Shown here piece by piece: positions 38,263-51,204 of a stretch of 64,000 nucleotides of DNA (position 1 is its first letter; each line of letters opens with the position of its first letter). The notes beneath the pieces were generated by a model. That model saw only the letters and a list, made by a program, of their open reading frames with translations. It did no database searches and was not told the DNA's origin. The stretch lies in assembly GCA_002269645.1 (NCBI GenBank), contig NIVC01000505.1, positions 1 to 64,000 of the forward strand. Direction: 5' to 3'. The position numbers were made by a program, and so were the translations under genes. This stretch comes from Macrostomum lignano. Lineage: Eukaryota.

Positions 38263-39433
38263 GGCGTACAATTGTAACGGCATTAGGAATAGTTCATGGC
38301 TGCTTCATACATTTATCTTTAATGAACTTTGAATAAAATTATATGGCCAAAAATTGAATAAACGGAATTAAGGACACTCAAGTAGTCTACGTGAGTAGTC
38401 CTTGCGATATGTGGTATATTCGGACTTAACTTTAGGACATGTCCGGTTTGCAACATTAAAAAGTAAAGCAAAGTTGCATTTAAAGCATATTTGCTTGAGA
38501 TGAAACGAAAAAAAGTTTATACTTTTTGCTTTGACATATATTTTTTAATTTTTTATTACGTCCTTTAAGGTAAATAGCTGCCTTTTGACTTTAATACTGC
38601 TGCACATATTCAATTAACTAAATTAATCTGTGTTTTTTATTTCTACGAACGACCGTTAAAATGTACTCAATCATCATCAAAGTCAAAGAAATTCTCAGGA
38701 TTGTTGTAGCAACATAGCGAACATATTTTCTCGACGCACCAGTGGTCTAGAATGGTTTTAAGTGTCTTAAATTTTAAAGTTTTTTTATTAGCCTCTAGCC
38801 ATATAACCATGATCATGGACATTGGCCTGGCCCCATGGCCTGGGCATGCAATCATGCCATTCATGGTCATGGTCATGGATGTCGATGAGGAATGTTAATA
38901 ATCCATAATAAATTTATTTCTATGTTCCAAGAGTTGGGCGTAATAATTTGTAAATAATTTGTCGAGATAAATGTACATCTATCTGCCTTTATATTTTGGC
39001 TTAGGGCCTAACTCTTAAGTCCTACCTAATTAGTGTAGTTCATTAGACAAGTATAGTACATGCTCAAAAATGCATTGCATTCTGTCAATTTGTCTAGGTG
39101 TTTTGTGGTATACAGTACATTGAGTATAGTACAGGTGCCATGGCATCCTGGCTTTCATTTTGGCATCCTGGATTTGGACCAATAATGCCAAATTGACACC
39201 CTGTTTTTCTAAGAGCAATGTCAGCTTATAAAACCTATTAGAAATTAAATTATCAAGAACTAGGCCACCCTACTCCCAAATCTTACATATATGCCAGAAA
39301 ATTCTAGTATACAATAGATGCAAAAAATGATTTGCATAATATAGGCTATGTCATATGGAATAGTCTATTGGAAAATTGTGCTACTGTGCCAAAGCTGGTG
39401 TATTGCATAGCTTACAAAAGACCAAAATTTTGT

Positions 39434-39521
39434 AATGCAAGATAGGGTCCCTTATTGTCACAATGCAAAAAAGGGTCCCTTGTTGTCACAATGCAAGAAA
39501 GGGTCCTTTATTGTCACAATG
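39434..39521. repeat. ~28-bp tandem repeat, 3 copies (atgcaaga.agggtccctt.ttgtcaca)
   Basis: Directly visible. Confidence 0.8.
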
Positions 39522-39704
39522 CCTTTCTAATAATGTCAAGCATATATATTAATCTGTTTATTAGCATAAACTTAAATTTATAGTGTAGGGGGTCACTTTT
39601 TCTAGCATACTATGTTATAGATTTGTGAATAAGTGAAACTATGAAAGCAATGAGTTAGTAATAGTATTGACAACTTCATTGTCTTGTCTTTATAAATGAT
39701 GATG

Positions 39705-41389
39705 GGGTAATTCCACGAGATGACGGTCGTTGGGTTGGAGCAAATAATAATCAGTAATCATACAAAAGACAAACTAAATTGCGACTTTGTGAGTTCTATA
39801 TTTATGGGCGTGACCTCTAGATTGAGATGAGATACATTTTAAAGTCATTTGTCTTACTGTGTTGATTTAGCAGAGAAACTTTCAATGACAGTCATTTTTG
39901 GTGAAAGTTTATATATCCAACTTTATAACTTAAGTTTAAGATTCCTGTGAATCAGGCAAGTTTTTGTCTCAATTGATCATTAATTGTAGTAAACAATAGC
40001 TAGATGAATGGTTACAAACAATTATTACATTTTAGTAGATAACTTTAACTGTGTTGCACATTTTTTCTTAAATGACGGTCGTTGACTGACGGTCGTTTGT
40101 TTCAAAAAAACGACCTTCAGTTTTAAAAAAGTGTATTAGGATTCTCTATTTTAGATACAATCTTGGTTAAAAGATTGTTTATAATCCATAGTTGTTCATA
40201 TAAAAACTATAACTTGCTTGTCTAACCATAAAATTTATTATACCTGTTTCACATTTCAGATCAAACGTACTTATGCACCTTCAACAAAAACATCACTTCA
40301 TGATTGCACAACTCAACATATGATCATAAAGATGGACAGTCCTAATCTATTCAAGAATTCAAAGAATAGAATATAACAATTAACAAAACCAAAGGCAAAT
40401 ACAGATTATTTGTTAGGCAATAAGCAGTAGCACCAATGGATAGTAAAAACTTGAGTCTAGTTAGACTACTTATGCTGAAGATTAGGGCATGTGTTAAGGT
40501 GCATTGCAAACTAAAGTGGAGAGTTCTAGGTGCATGGTTAGTAATTGGAACAACCTTTTTAATAGTGCAGGTTGAAAATGATTTTAAGGTATCAAACAAG
40601 TAATTGACAGTATACATTTTTAATAAAAGACTTGAATTCCACTATATTTTTCTTTACAATCAAAACTGTAAAAACTTTGAAAGAGAAATTGAATAAGTAA
40701 TTCACATTAAAAAAAGACATGACTTTAGAATATCAGTAAATTCAGTTTTTTGTATAAAATTTAGGAATAAATGATAGCAATTCAGGTTTTATAAAGATCA
40801 ACAAATTTCAGAATACCAGAAAATGATGGTCGTTAGGTAACTTTGCAGGGTTTTTTTAGCATGTTACACTTATCATAAACTAACAAAAATGACTATAAAC
40901 TTAAATATAGGCTCAGAAAATATTTTAGCAAAAAATTATCAACTTATAAACCTCTTGAAAATTAGTACAACAACTTTTTGTAAAAAAAATGATGGTCATT
41001 TTTAACACTTAAAAAAGGGAAGTCAAACTTTTTGAAATAAAAAATTATGATAGATAGAACTATATTAGATCATAAAACTTTATAATTTCAGTCTTTAGAT
41101 ATAAGAAAGAAAGATTTTTATTATCTATGCACTTGATGCATTATGTTTATTAACTTTTTTTCTTATTGAAAACTAGATTAAACTTTTTATAATGTCCCGC
41201 GGGACATTTAAAATCTTGCAAGGGTACTATGATCAAAACAAAATATATATACCTTGAGGTAGATAAATGTGTATGAAACTACATAAAAATGAAACTATAC
41301 ATAATTATATGCAAAATGAAATATTCACATTTGCAAATAATTTTTAAAAAAATTTCTATACCTTTGATGACCCTATCATGGAATAACCC
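39705..41389. mobile_element. Non-autonomous TIR element with 4-bp TSD (Sola2-like)
   Basis: TIRs GGGTAATTCCACGA and (reverse complement) GGGTTATTCCATGA, flanked on both sides by GATG (39701-39704, 41390-41393). Internal repeated GA(C/T)GGTCGTT motifs. No transposase ORF. Confidence 0.6.
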
Positions 41390-42799
41390 GATGAACAATA
41401 GGTGTTGTATCTTATATCTAAAGCTGAGCTACTTAAGTAGGCAAATCAATCAATCAACTGGCTAGCTAGGTTTAATGTATATCTCCTCTTAGATAGCTGA
41501 CAACTTAAATGTAGGACTTATATGATGGGACTTATATGATTAATATAACATCAGCTTTAGCCTTAAAACTTTACTTTTAGTTTAGGCTATCCTAGTTTAA
41601 TATTGACCATTACTATTAATATAGTATTAATAGGCCCTATCATAATTTAGTATCCCTTCTAGGCTCTTAGTCTCCCTAGGCATACATGCCCAACCTCAAA
41701 ATTTCACCTGTCTGGTGCAACTTAGTTTTGTCCAGATTTGTGACTTACCTATGCACCACCACACTAAAAGACTAGGGGGTAGCATGCATTGCATGCTTGT
41801 GCTTATTGAAAAATGGAAATACCTCATTTCTCTTCTCTTTTCCTACCTTCAGTCTCTTTCCCGATTGATTTATCATTCACTTATTCACTTATGCAGTACT
41901 AAACTGCACTGTAGCCTATACCCTGTAAGCTATACTCCCTACATACTGTACTGTATGTCTGGCAAACTAACTTGTATATATACACTCATGCACTCATATA
42001 TATAGGTGTACATTCTTTGAGTCATTATATACTTCACTTAAAGATAGACCTGCACCTGACTATATATTGAATCTTGCATATGAATAGGATGAAAATGGCC
42101 ATGAAGACTATTCCATCAACTAGTGTCCCCTTTCTGCAGCTGAAGAGCAAAAGCCATTGCTCTTTACACTATGGAAACTTGGTCATGTAACTCCTAGAGA
42201 AGTTAATGATTGTTGTGGTGTGCATTGGATATTAGAAGAAAATTTACTAGCAATCTTAAGTGCAGCCTGGGGGATCAGGTGATGGTGCAGCTGCAGCACA
42301 TTCAAGGGAACTAGAAGCACCACCATCCCAATGTTCAGCAAGCTCACACAGAGAGGGACTGTTAATGGCAGTGCAAAATCCAGAGGTTGTTGCTTCTAAT
42401 AGAGATCTATCTATGCAGAATGCAAAAAATTGAAATTCATAGTGCAGATGCAACGACATTACTCTTCTCAAGTAATGTCAGCTGAAAAAGAAGCTGTTTT
42501 TGAAATAAAGAAGAAACTAGAAGTCTTAAGACAGAATTTGTACGACGGCGCATTGCTCATGCTGAATCTATTGCTATAGAATCTTGATTATCAACTGATG
42601 CTGGTACTGAAGCGGGGATCCAACCACAACACAGCCATTCATTTGGACTCAGATTCGGAGTTTGAGACTGATGGCCAAAGAATCCTCCGAGAGTCCTCCG
42701 AGAAAAATATATATTTGTAGTTTATCAAAAAGGATTTTGATGAAGTTCAGTCTCATGAAGAGATTTTGATAGAGTTCATTTTTACGGAGAGGATTTCAA

Positions 42800-43560
42800 T
42801 GGATTTGGCACATTAAATGAGTCAGAGAAGAGAAAGTATAGAGAAGAGTGAACAAATAGAGGAGAGATGATAGAAAAGAGAGTAGATATGAGAGAGGACA
42901 GATTAGAGATGACAGATGGGAGAGAAAAGAGGAGTAAAGTAGGAATGAAGAGGGAGAAACAAGAGAAGAGGAGAGAGGAGATGAGAGGGGAGTTATGAGA
43001 TAGCAGAGAGGAGACAGGAGAGATGAGAGAAGAAAGGAGGGATAAGAGCATACAGCTGAAATAAAAGAGAGGAGAGAGATGAAAGATCAGAGATGAGAGA
43101 GTTAAAAGAAGAAAGTAGTGAGGAGAAAGAAAGAAGGTAAAGGTAAGAGTGCAGAGAGGACAGATGAAAGATGCAATGAGAAAAGATATGATTAAGAAAA
43201 TAAGAGAGAGAAAAGATTAGAGATTATAGAAGAGAAAAGACAAAGGGGAGAAGATAGAATCAAGATAGTAGAAAGGAAGCAAGAAAGATGGGAGATAAGA
43301 AAGGAGAGGGCATAGGAGATATGATAAACAAGAGCAGAGAGGAGAGAGAAAAGAGAAGAGAGAGGGTATAGGAGAGACGATAGATAAGTAAGTAGAGATG
43401 AGATATGAGAGAGGAGAGAAGAGGGGAGAAATAAGAGAGAAGAGAGGAGACAGGAAAGGATACAGACAAAACACGAGGGAGAAGAGATAAATAAAGAGGT
43501 AGAGTGGAGGAAGAAGAAAAGAGTAACGCGAGAATGCAGAGAAGAGACATGAGAGTCTGA
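42800..43560. repeat. GA-rich low-complexity tract
   Basis: Purine-biased AGAG/AGAAG sequence. Source of the spurious L/S-rich minus-strand ORFs. Confidence 0.9.
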
Positions 43561-43666
43561 GTCTGGACAATGGAAGTCAGTTTTTGCAAACAGGGAAAAC
43601 AAAATATGGTATTTGAAAGGCTTTACAGAGGATTTTAAGACGATTTAGAATATGGGATTCAAGACA

Positions 43667-43915
43667 ACTTAGTTTCTCTCGATTGTGACTTAGTTCCTCC
43701 TGATTGCGACTTAGTTCCTCCCAATTGCAACTTAGTTCTTCCTGATTGCAACTTAGTTCCTCCCAATTGCGACTTAGTTCCTCCTGATTGCGACTTAGTT
43801 CCTCCCGATTGCAACTTAGTTCCTCCCGATTGCGACTTAGTTCTTCCTGATTGTGACTTAGTTCCTCCCGATTGCAACTTAGTTCTTCCTGATTGTGACT
43901 TAGTTCCTCCTGATT
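43667..43915. repeat. 21-bp tandem minisatellite (ACTTAGTTCCTCCYGATTGYR), ~12 copies
   Basis: Directly visible. Confidence 0.95.
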
Positions 43916-44729
43916 AGTTCCTCTATTCTCTTTTCTTCTCTTTCTCTTTCTCTCTCCTCTTTCCCCTCTTTTTTTCTTCCTCCTTTCTTTTCCTTTTCTC
44001 TTCCTCTCCTTTTTTTCTTTCCCCAATTTTTCGTTTTCCAATTTTCGATTTTGCGACTTACCTTGGCTGGCGGCCATTTCACCCGTCCGGTTCAGATGGG
44101 TTGGACGGGTGTTGGGCATGTATGTCCCTAGGTATAGGCCTTATACTAAATGTCTAAAATCCAATATTTTTAATATTATATAGTTTAAAAAGGAATTTTC
44201 TTTACTTCTAGTTCTAACTTTTTTATGTCACCTAACATCTTGGTTTTCATTTTGGTATCCACAGACAGACAGACAAACAGACACAGACAGAAAGAAAGAC
44301 AGACAGACAGAGATAGACATAGTTTTAGACCTAGGATAAATTAGTCAATGCTTGCTAAAACAAATGTTTAACCTCTATATATATCAGCAAAAAGAATTAA
44401 AATTTTGCCAAAATATAAAAAATATATCAATTTCAATAAAATATTCAGTGAGCTATTCAATATAAATTTTTAGTGAGTTTATTTTAAAGTTAAGTGTTAT
44501 AAAAATATTAATAATAAAGTAATGGTTAGACTAGATCTCTTGATCTCAATTGCAGATTTATGATTTTAAAAATGCATTTTTATTTAGCTATAACAGTTTC
44601 TTACAATATTTTAACAAAAGACACCTACAATTTAAGAATATTTTCACTCTAATAAGATTTCTAAAAATGTTTACAAACTTTTTACATTAAGTGTATGTTA
44701 ATTTGAATCTTAATAGAATTGATATCATC

Positions 44730-46218
44730 TAGAGGTCAGATGGGATTGAAGTCATTTTGTGGAATTAGGATTGGGAATAATTTTTTCATGGGTTTTGTTC
44801 AGGATTGGGGATTTAGGAATTAGGATCAGGTCTTTTAGTGTACTATTGTTCATTACTTATATTTAATGTATTTTGTTATACTATATAAATGTTGTAGGGC
44901 TTAGTTCTTTCCTCTAAATTATGCTACCAATTTGTTGCAGAGGAAACTTCTCTCTATGAAAATCCCACCTGCTGATATCAAAGTTGTGATAGAGTTTAAT
45001 TCTCTTTCTTCTATGTTTCTTAGAACCAGTTATCCACTTATCTCTATTACGTTTCTAGGTAGCATCTAATATTTTATTCTGATAGCATCTAATGTATGGC
45101 TTAAGTGGTTTAGTATTGGTCCATGAGTTAGTCCAATTGGTGTTACTGAGACTTCAGGGTCACAACGCAACTCTCTAGTATATCTCTGCAAATTAGTCCC
45201 CAACTCTTTCTCTTAGCAAGTTTCTTAGAACTGTTTCTCAGCTTTCCAAATGAATAAGTTGCTCTTAACTTCAAGGTCTCTAAGGATTTGTAGATTGAAC
45301 TGCTATTAGCTTTGATTGCAATGAGTGCTCACAGACACATAGCCAGTTGATTTTATTTGGCTGCAAAATTGCTCCCATATGTATCCCAAAATTTCCCAAT
45401 ACAATTAACAAAAAATATTTCCCCAATTTATTTTGTGTATTAAAAGAAATGATTTACTGTATTATAACAAATATTTGGTGTATTCAAACAAACTAATATT
45501 TAGTGTCTTGTGTAGATTTAATTTCTAAGAAAGGTACAATATTATTCAAGCATTATTCTTACATTGATTAGAAAGGTAAAATATTCAAATAGCACAATTA
45601 CATAAATATTAGAAATATTTTGTATATTCTATATATCATTGTTTTGTTATAAATAATAGGGAAAATTTACGATAAACAGTGGCCAGCTGCAAGGCAAACC
45701 AAATAAATCCATTCCAATGTTTCTCTATTGTTTTCAAACTCACTTTTACCATTACTCAGGCTATTTCTCTAGATTTATCTGTATTGGAAAAGAAACTTAT
45801 AATCAGCCTCAAGAGTAATTGCTCTTGTGTTACTTATTTTGAGTAGTAGATAGCAACTTAGAAATAGCCTGAAAATTGGGAGAATTCACTCCATTCTCAA
45901 AGAACAGGAACTCTAGATTTCGAATCTAGGAAATTGCCTTAGAAGGCAGTAAGAGCAGTAAACTTACTAGAGTGTAAGCTGTGACCCTCTGATCCTGGTA
46001 AGTTGTAACACCTGGACTGAGAGAAAACCCACAATAGGAGAGAGCCAACAAGCCAATAAAATGCATTCAAGTAATAAATTTGCATTCTAGAAATTTCAAA
46101 TCAAAAGATCTGTTCCCAATTTCCATTTTTTAATGTTAAAATGCTGATCCCATGGAAATCAATTTTCCTCAGAATCTAAAGACTTTAGGATTAGGATCAG
46201 GATCACATCTAACCTCTA
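44730..46218. mobile_element. Non-autonomous hAT element with 8-bp TSD
   Basis: TIRs TAGAGGTCAGATGGGAT and (reverse complement) TAGAGGTTAGATGTGAT. Identical 8-bp flanks ATATCATC at 44722-44729 and 46219-46226. No transposase. Confidence 0.8.
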
Positions 46219-46484
46219 ATATCATCTTGACAGAGCTAATTTCAAATTTGAAATTTGATTTAAAAATTTGATGTTGTCCAACCCCTTGTATAGAAATACT
46301 AGGTTTCTTGCTCTTTCCACTGGCTACTTCATGGAGGTTTTTTTCCAACTGTCTTGATTTTTTTCTGCAAGTCCATTTATTCATATTGATTGATTGTTGC
46401 TCATGCCAATGTTGCTTAACTTGCTATCTATTGGTATAGGCTTGTAAAAGTTATTTATTAAATTTAGTCTAAATTTAATTTATA

Positions 46485-46695
46485 TATTGTGTCTCTTTTC
46501 AGCTCTCTTCTCTCCTCACGATCATCTTTCCCATCTCTTCTTTCCTCTCCTCATCTTCTCTCATATCTTCTCTCTTATCTTTCTCATCTCTTCTCTCTTT
46601 TCCTCATCTCAATCTCTTCTCTCTTCTCATCTCATCTCACCCATCTCCTCTCCTTTCATCTCTTATCTAATCTAATCTCTCTTCTTTTTTTTCTA
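46485..46695. repeat. CT-rich low-complexity tract
   Basis: Directly visible. Confidence 0.85.
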
Positions 46696-47958
46696 GGACC
46701 TTGAGGTAAAAAAAGTTTACCAGCATGTCTGCCATACAGAAACATGTGCATCTTAGTTTTCTAGATACTTTGTTGAACAAAGACTTTATATACCAGAGCT
46801 GGAAATAGAAGTCAAATTAAGTCTGTATTTTTCAGTAACTTAGTCTGGTCATGGTTCATATTTTAATTTGGGCTTTTTCTGCCTCCTGCCAGCGCGTGCG
46901 CCCGCCTTGTTGACTGGGGCGTCTGACTGCCAACCAGGCCTTAACAGGACCAGCTGTGATTCATTCATCTCGTGATAATTAGCTTAGAGGCATTATATTG
47001 GATTCTGGTGCACTGGGGGCACAAAGAGAAATTGGCTATGGTCTTCTCTCTTTAGCTTTCATCGGGTTTTTGTAGAGGCATATAGTGGGGGATGGATTTT
47101 CTAGTCTAGCGGGATTTCCTTTTCGTGTCTTTTTCTAGGGGCTGGCTCCCATATATTTCATTTCCTCTAGTTTGGCCTGTCTTGGCTTGGTTGCCATGCT
47201 AAACTGATAGGGTGCAGTCCTATCCACCTGGTGCTGGGAGTTCTGACAGTCTCCTGAAAGATTATGGGCCGATTCTGGACTGGTTGAAGACAGAGTTATT
47301 CCATTCTTTCTATCCTTAAAGGCGGAACTTAAACCTTTTATCCCCTAAACACCCACTCGTGTATTTGGCATCTGGTATGGTAGGTTCCAACCCCATATTT
47401 TTCTACTCGCTTGCTAACCACCCCACCCCCGAATCTCTTTCTGTCAGGTCAATTATCGACCTGCTAATAACCTGAATTATTCATTATGAAAAATGGCTGC
47501 TTGTGTCTTCATGCCTAGACTAGGATCATTTTCAGAATGCTTATGTATGTGGCTTTTGTATCATTGGGCATTAGCTAGTCATTTTTATATACTGGACAAC
47601 ATATCGGTAGTTTATTAGAACTGTCCCGTTGCAATTTTTGAAGTTCCTTTCTATCTTTCCTCGTTTCTACTTTTTTAAAGAAATTCCAAGATTCGTATAT
47701 ATAAAGTGGGCACTTTCTGTTAAGTGGGTTTTTGTTTATTTAGGCCACTTGGCCTTTTCTTGATTCAAAGTACTTACAATGAACGCTTTTTACATAACGA
47801 CGAAAGGAAAGCTGTTTTAAGTGTCTTATAATCTGAACTCTGTACTTCTATTTCTGACCTCATATTTTTTCACTTCTTTTGCGTTCAAATTTTTAGCCCA
47901 GCTGTTTTCTTCAAACTACAAATTTGGATTCAGGTAGTCGTAATAGAATTCTAGAAGC

Positions 47959-48990
47959 CTCATTATGATTCATGTCAGCTCATTAGGGTTTATGTCAACT
48001 CATTAGAATTTATGTCAGCTCATTAGGGTTTATGTCAACTCATTAGGATTCATTTCAGCTCATTAAGGTTTATGTCAACTCATTAGGATTCATGTCAGCT
48101 CATTAAGGTTTATGTCAACTCATTGGGATTCATGTCAGCTCATTGGGGTTAATGTCAATTCATTAGGGTTTATGTCAACTGATTGGGATTCATGTCAGCT
48201 CATTAGGGTTCATGTCAACTTATTAGGGCTCATGTCAGCTCATTATGCTTTATGTCAACTCATTAGGATTCAGGTAGACTCATTAGAATTCAGGTAGACT
48301 CATTAGGATTTAGGTAGACTCAATAGGATTCGGGTAGACTCATTAGGTTTAAGGTAGACTCATTAGGATTAAGGTAGACTCATTAGGATTCAGGTAGACT
48401 CATTAGGATTTAGGTAGACTCAATAGGATTCGGGTAGACTCATTAGGTTTAAGGTAGACTCATTAGGATAAAGGTAGACTCATTAGGATTCAGGTAGACT
48501 CATTAGGATTTAGGTAGACTCAATAGGATTCGGGTAGACTCATTAGGTTTAAGGTAGACTCATTAGGATTCAGGTAGACTTATTAGGATTCAGGTAGACT
48601 CAATAGGATTCGGGTAGACTCATTAGGTTTAAGGTAGACTCATTAGGATTCAGTTAGATTCACTAGGATTCCCGTAAGCTCACTAGAATTCATGTCAACT
48701 CAGAAGAAATATGGTAGACTCATTAGGATTCAGGTGGACTCATTAGGATTCAGGTAGACTCATTAAGATTCAGGTAGACTCATTAGGATTCAGGTAGAAT
48801 CATTAGAATTCAGGTAGAATCATTAGAATTCAGGTAGACTCATTAGGATTCAGGTAGACTCATTAGGATTCAGGTAGAATCATTAGAATTCAGGTAGAAT
48901 CATTAGAATTCAGGTAGACTCATTAGGATTCAGGTAGACTCATTAGGATTCAGGTAGACTCATTAGGATTCAGGTAGACTCATTGGGATT
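47959..48990. repeat. 20-bp satellite array (~50 units) with two unit types and higher-order structure
   Basis: CTCATTAGG(A/G)TT-CATGTCAG/TATGTCAA units switch to CTCATTAGGATTCAGGTAGA near 48270. Confidence 0.95.
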
Positions 48991-51204
48991 CTGATGTTAA
49001 TTTCATTGGAGTTTTTCCGGTGGCAACTTTAGACTTTTTATTAAAATAGTAATGACGCTAAAAGTTGAGTTTTTTATGGGTGTTTTTTACTGACCTACTC
49101 GGTCTAGTCAGCCAGTGGCCTGTCTGCGCCTTCCTTTAGGCATATTTTTCTTTCAAAGCGAAGCAATAGCAAGACTTGTTTGACTTGCTTGCAATTGTTT
49201 ATGGTTTACTGTGTTGAAACTATAGTAAGGTTGACATAAACACATGATCAGTTGTGTCAGCGGGTTAGGGTTAGGGTTTATCTTTGTTGTTGGTCGGGTT
49301 TTTTGAATAAGCAGGAAGGCTAGGAATTTGCTTGTTTATAAAACTGACTTTGATTTTCATATTTAAATAATGTCAACACTGGTTGGTAGGTCACTGAAGA
49401 TGGCCTTGTGTGATAAGCGAATTATTGATAAACGATGAATTGAAAAGTATTGCTTGGAAATTTGCTTCTTGTGCCATTTTGTTGCGTTCATTAGACTGTC
49501 GTTTTGTACTTTTATTGCTGCTTTAGGGAAATTTGAAAAAAACACATTTACTTGCTTCTTCAGCTTCACTCCATGAATAATTATTGCATGGTTCCCGGGA
49601 AGTGTTATGTTTTGCATTGTGTGTGTGCGTGAGTGGTATTGTATTATAATTGTTGCTAAAAGAAGTGTTGAAAAGCCTGCGGGGGTGGGGTGGGGTCTGG
49701 GGCAAGCCTCACTCAAGCCGACAGGAAACTTGCAACAAAAATGCAAATGGCAATTGCTTTAAGGCAAGTTCTGGCTGGGGTTTATGAAGCAGGCAAGGGC
49801 AGGCCCACTCGATTTGGTGTTCCTTGTGAGGAGTTTGAAATGGAAGTGAAAAAGCAGAACGGGAGAGACAGAGAGAGAGAGAGTCAGAGAGTGTATAAGA
49901 TGGTCTGGCCATTGCTTTTGAACGCAATCCCGCCAACCAATCAGCCGTCGAGTCTAGGGCTGCACGGATAGAGAGCAGAGTCAAGAGAGGGTTATGTTGG
50001 GTTGGGGACAGCCACCCATCCTCCTTTCGGATCGGGTTTTACGTATATGTTCAATAACGTTTGGAGAGCTTTATTATATGAGGCTTGCTGGAAATAGTTT
50101 TGCCCTAGGCTGTAGCAAAATGCAACTTTAGGAAGATTCGTTCATAAAGTTGCATATATTATTTTGCTTTATAAAAAGAACTCTGTTTCATTTGCTTCTG
50201 TATTGACTAATTTCTGGAACTGAATTAAATTCTTCTTGATAAACTTGCAGCATTGTTGCCAACTTGTCACGCAAATCAATTTTTAATCTTTGGTGCGCAA
50301 CTATATTTGCCTGGAAGAAGTTCTCTTTTTAAATTGAATCTGTGGGAAAGAAGTTAAATATTGAATCGACCAGGTAAGTTTACTGTTTGTGTTTATTAAC
50401 ACTACATTTCTATTGTCTTAATAGATTGCTATTGTGAAGTTTCAAAGGAGTTTTGAGAAATAGTAGAACTACATGTATGCCTTGTTTAGCTTTTGACCTT
50501 GTCGACTCGTCGAGGTTTTTTGCTTTCAGCCTTGATTCGAATTTCTAGTGAATTTCTTTGGCTTTCTGAAGCCTATTTCTGCTTCAGGAATTATGTATAT
50601 AATATATTCGGGAAATTGGAAGGGCTGCTTCTGCTTCTGTAGAACTGATCATTCGCTCTGATATCGCTTTGTTCTCACTACCACCCCCCCCCCCCCGAAG
50701 CCCCTCCTTAGACGCCCCTTCCAGAAGCGGTGTGTGCTGCTACTTCTCTTAAGCCCTCCCCTCCCCCCTCTCTCTCCGTCCCAGTCTCTCCTTCCCCTCT
50801 CTTTTCTGCTTCCCACAAGCTGATTGCCAGAACCAGCTGGCTATCCGTATTTTTGCTTGCCTCATCATCAAGGCCAGCAGCCTTGCTTCCCATTCTCTCT
50901 TATAGGCTTTATATAACCTTCTGAACCTTCTGGGTATCAACGGTGCCGTCTGTCTGCAATATTAATTTTTCACCCCTTATTTCTCTCTAAGCTATAATCT
51001 CTGTAGCTTTAATCTAGTAGGAAATCTTGCAGATTATCGAAAAGAGCAAGAAGAACTGACACGGGGATTCTATTCTTTTCACTCTCTCTCTCTTTCTCTG
51101 GACTCTGTAAGAATCTAATTCGAACACTTTCTTTCTCTTTGGCATGGCTAACAGAAAAGGGTTTGAAGACCACTTTTGAAATATGAGATTGAGCTTTATG
51201 AGAC

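Noticed and set aside
42060-42700. Coding-like relic (possible SWIM/transposase or gag fragment)
   Set aside because: Multiple stops and frameshifts, with no motif strong enough to call.
42782-44119. L/S-rich 'membrane' ORFs and an E/K-rich ORF
   Set aside because: Translations of CT/GA low-complexity tracts and a 21-bp minisatellite. The same applies at 46487, 55034, 59420, 60694 and 62731.
49258-49280. TTAGGG telomeric repeat
   Set aside because: Only about two units, which is not a telomere or a convincing interstitial array.
49690-50380. Possible first exon/promoter (donor cag|gtaagt at ~50375; 93-aa ORF)
   Set aside because: An isolated splice-like site with no identifiable coding partner in the window.
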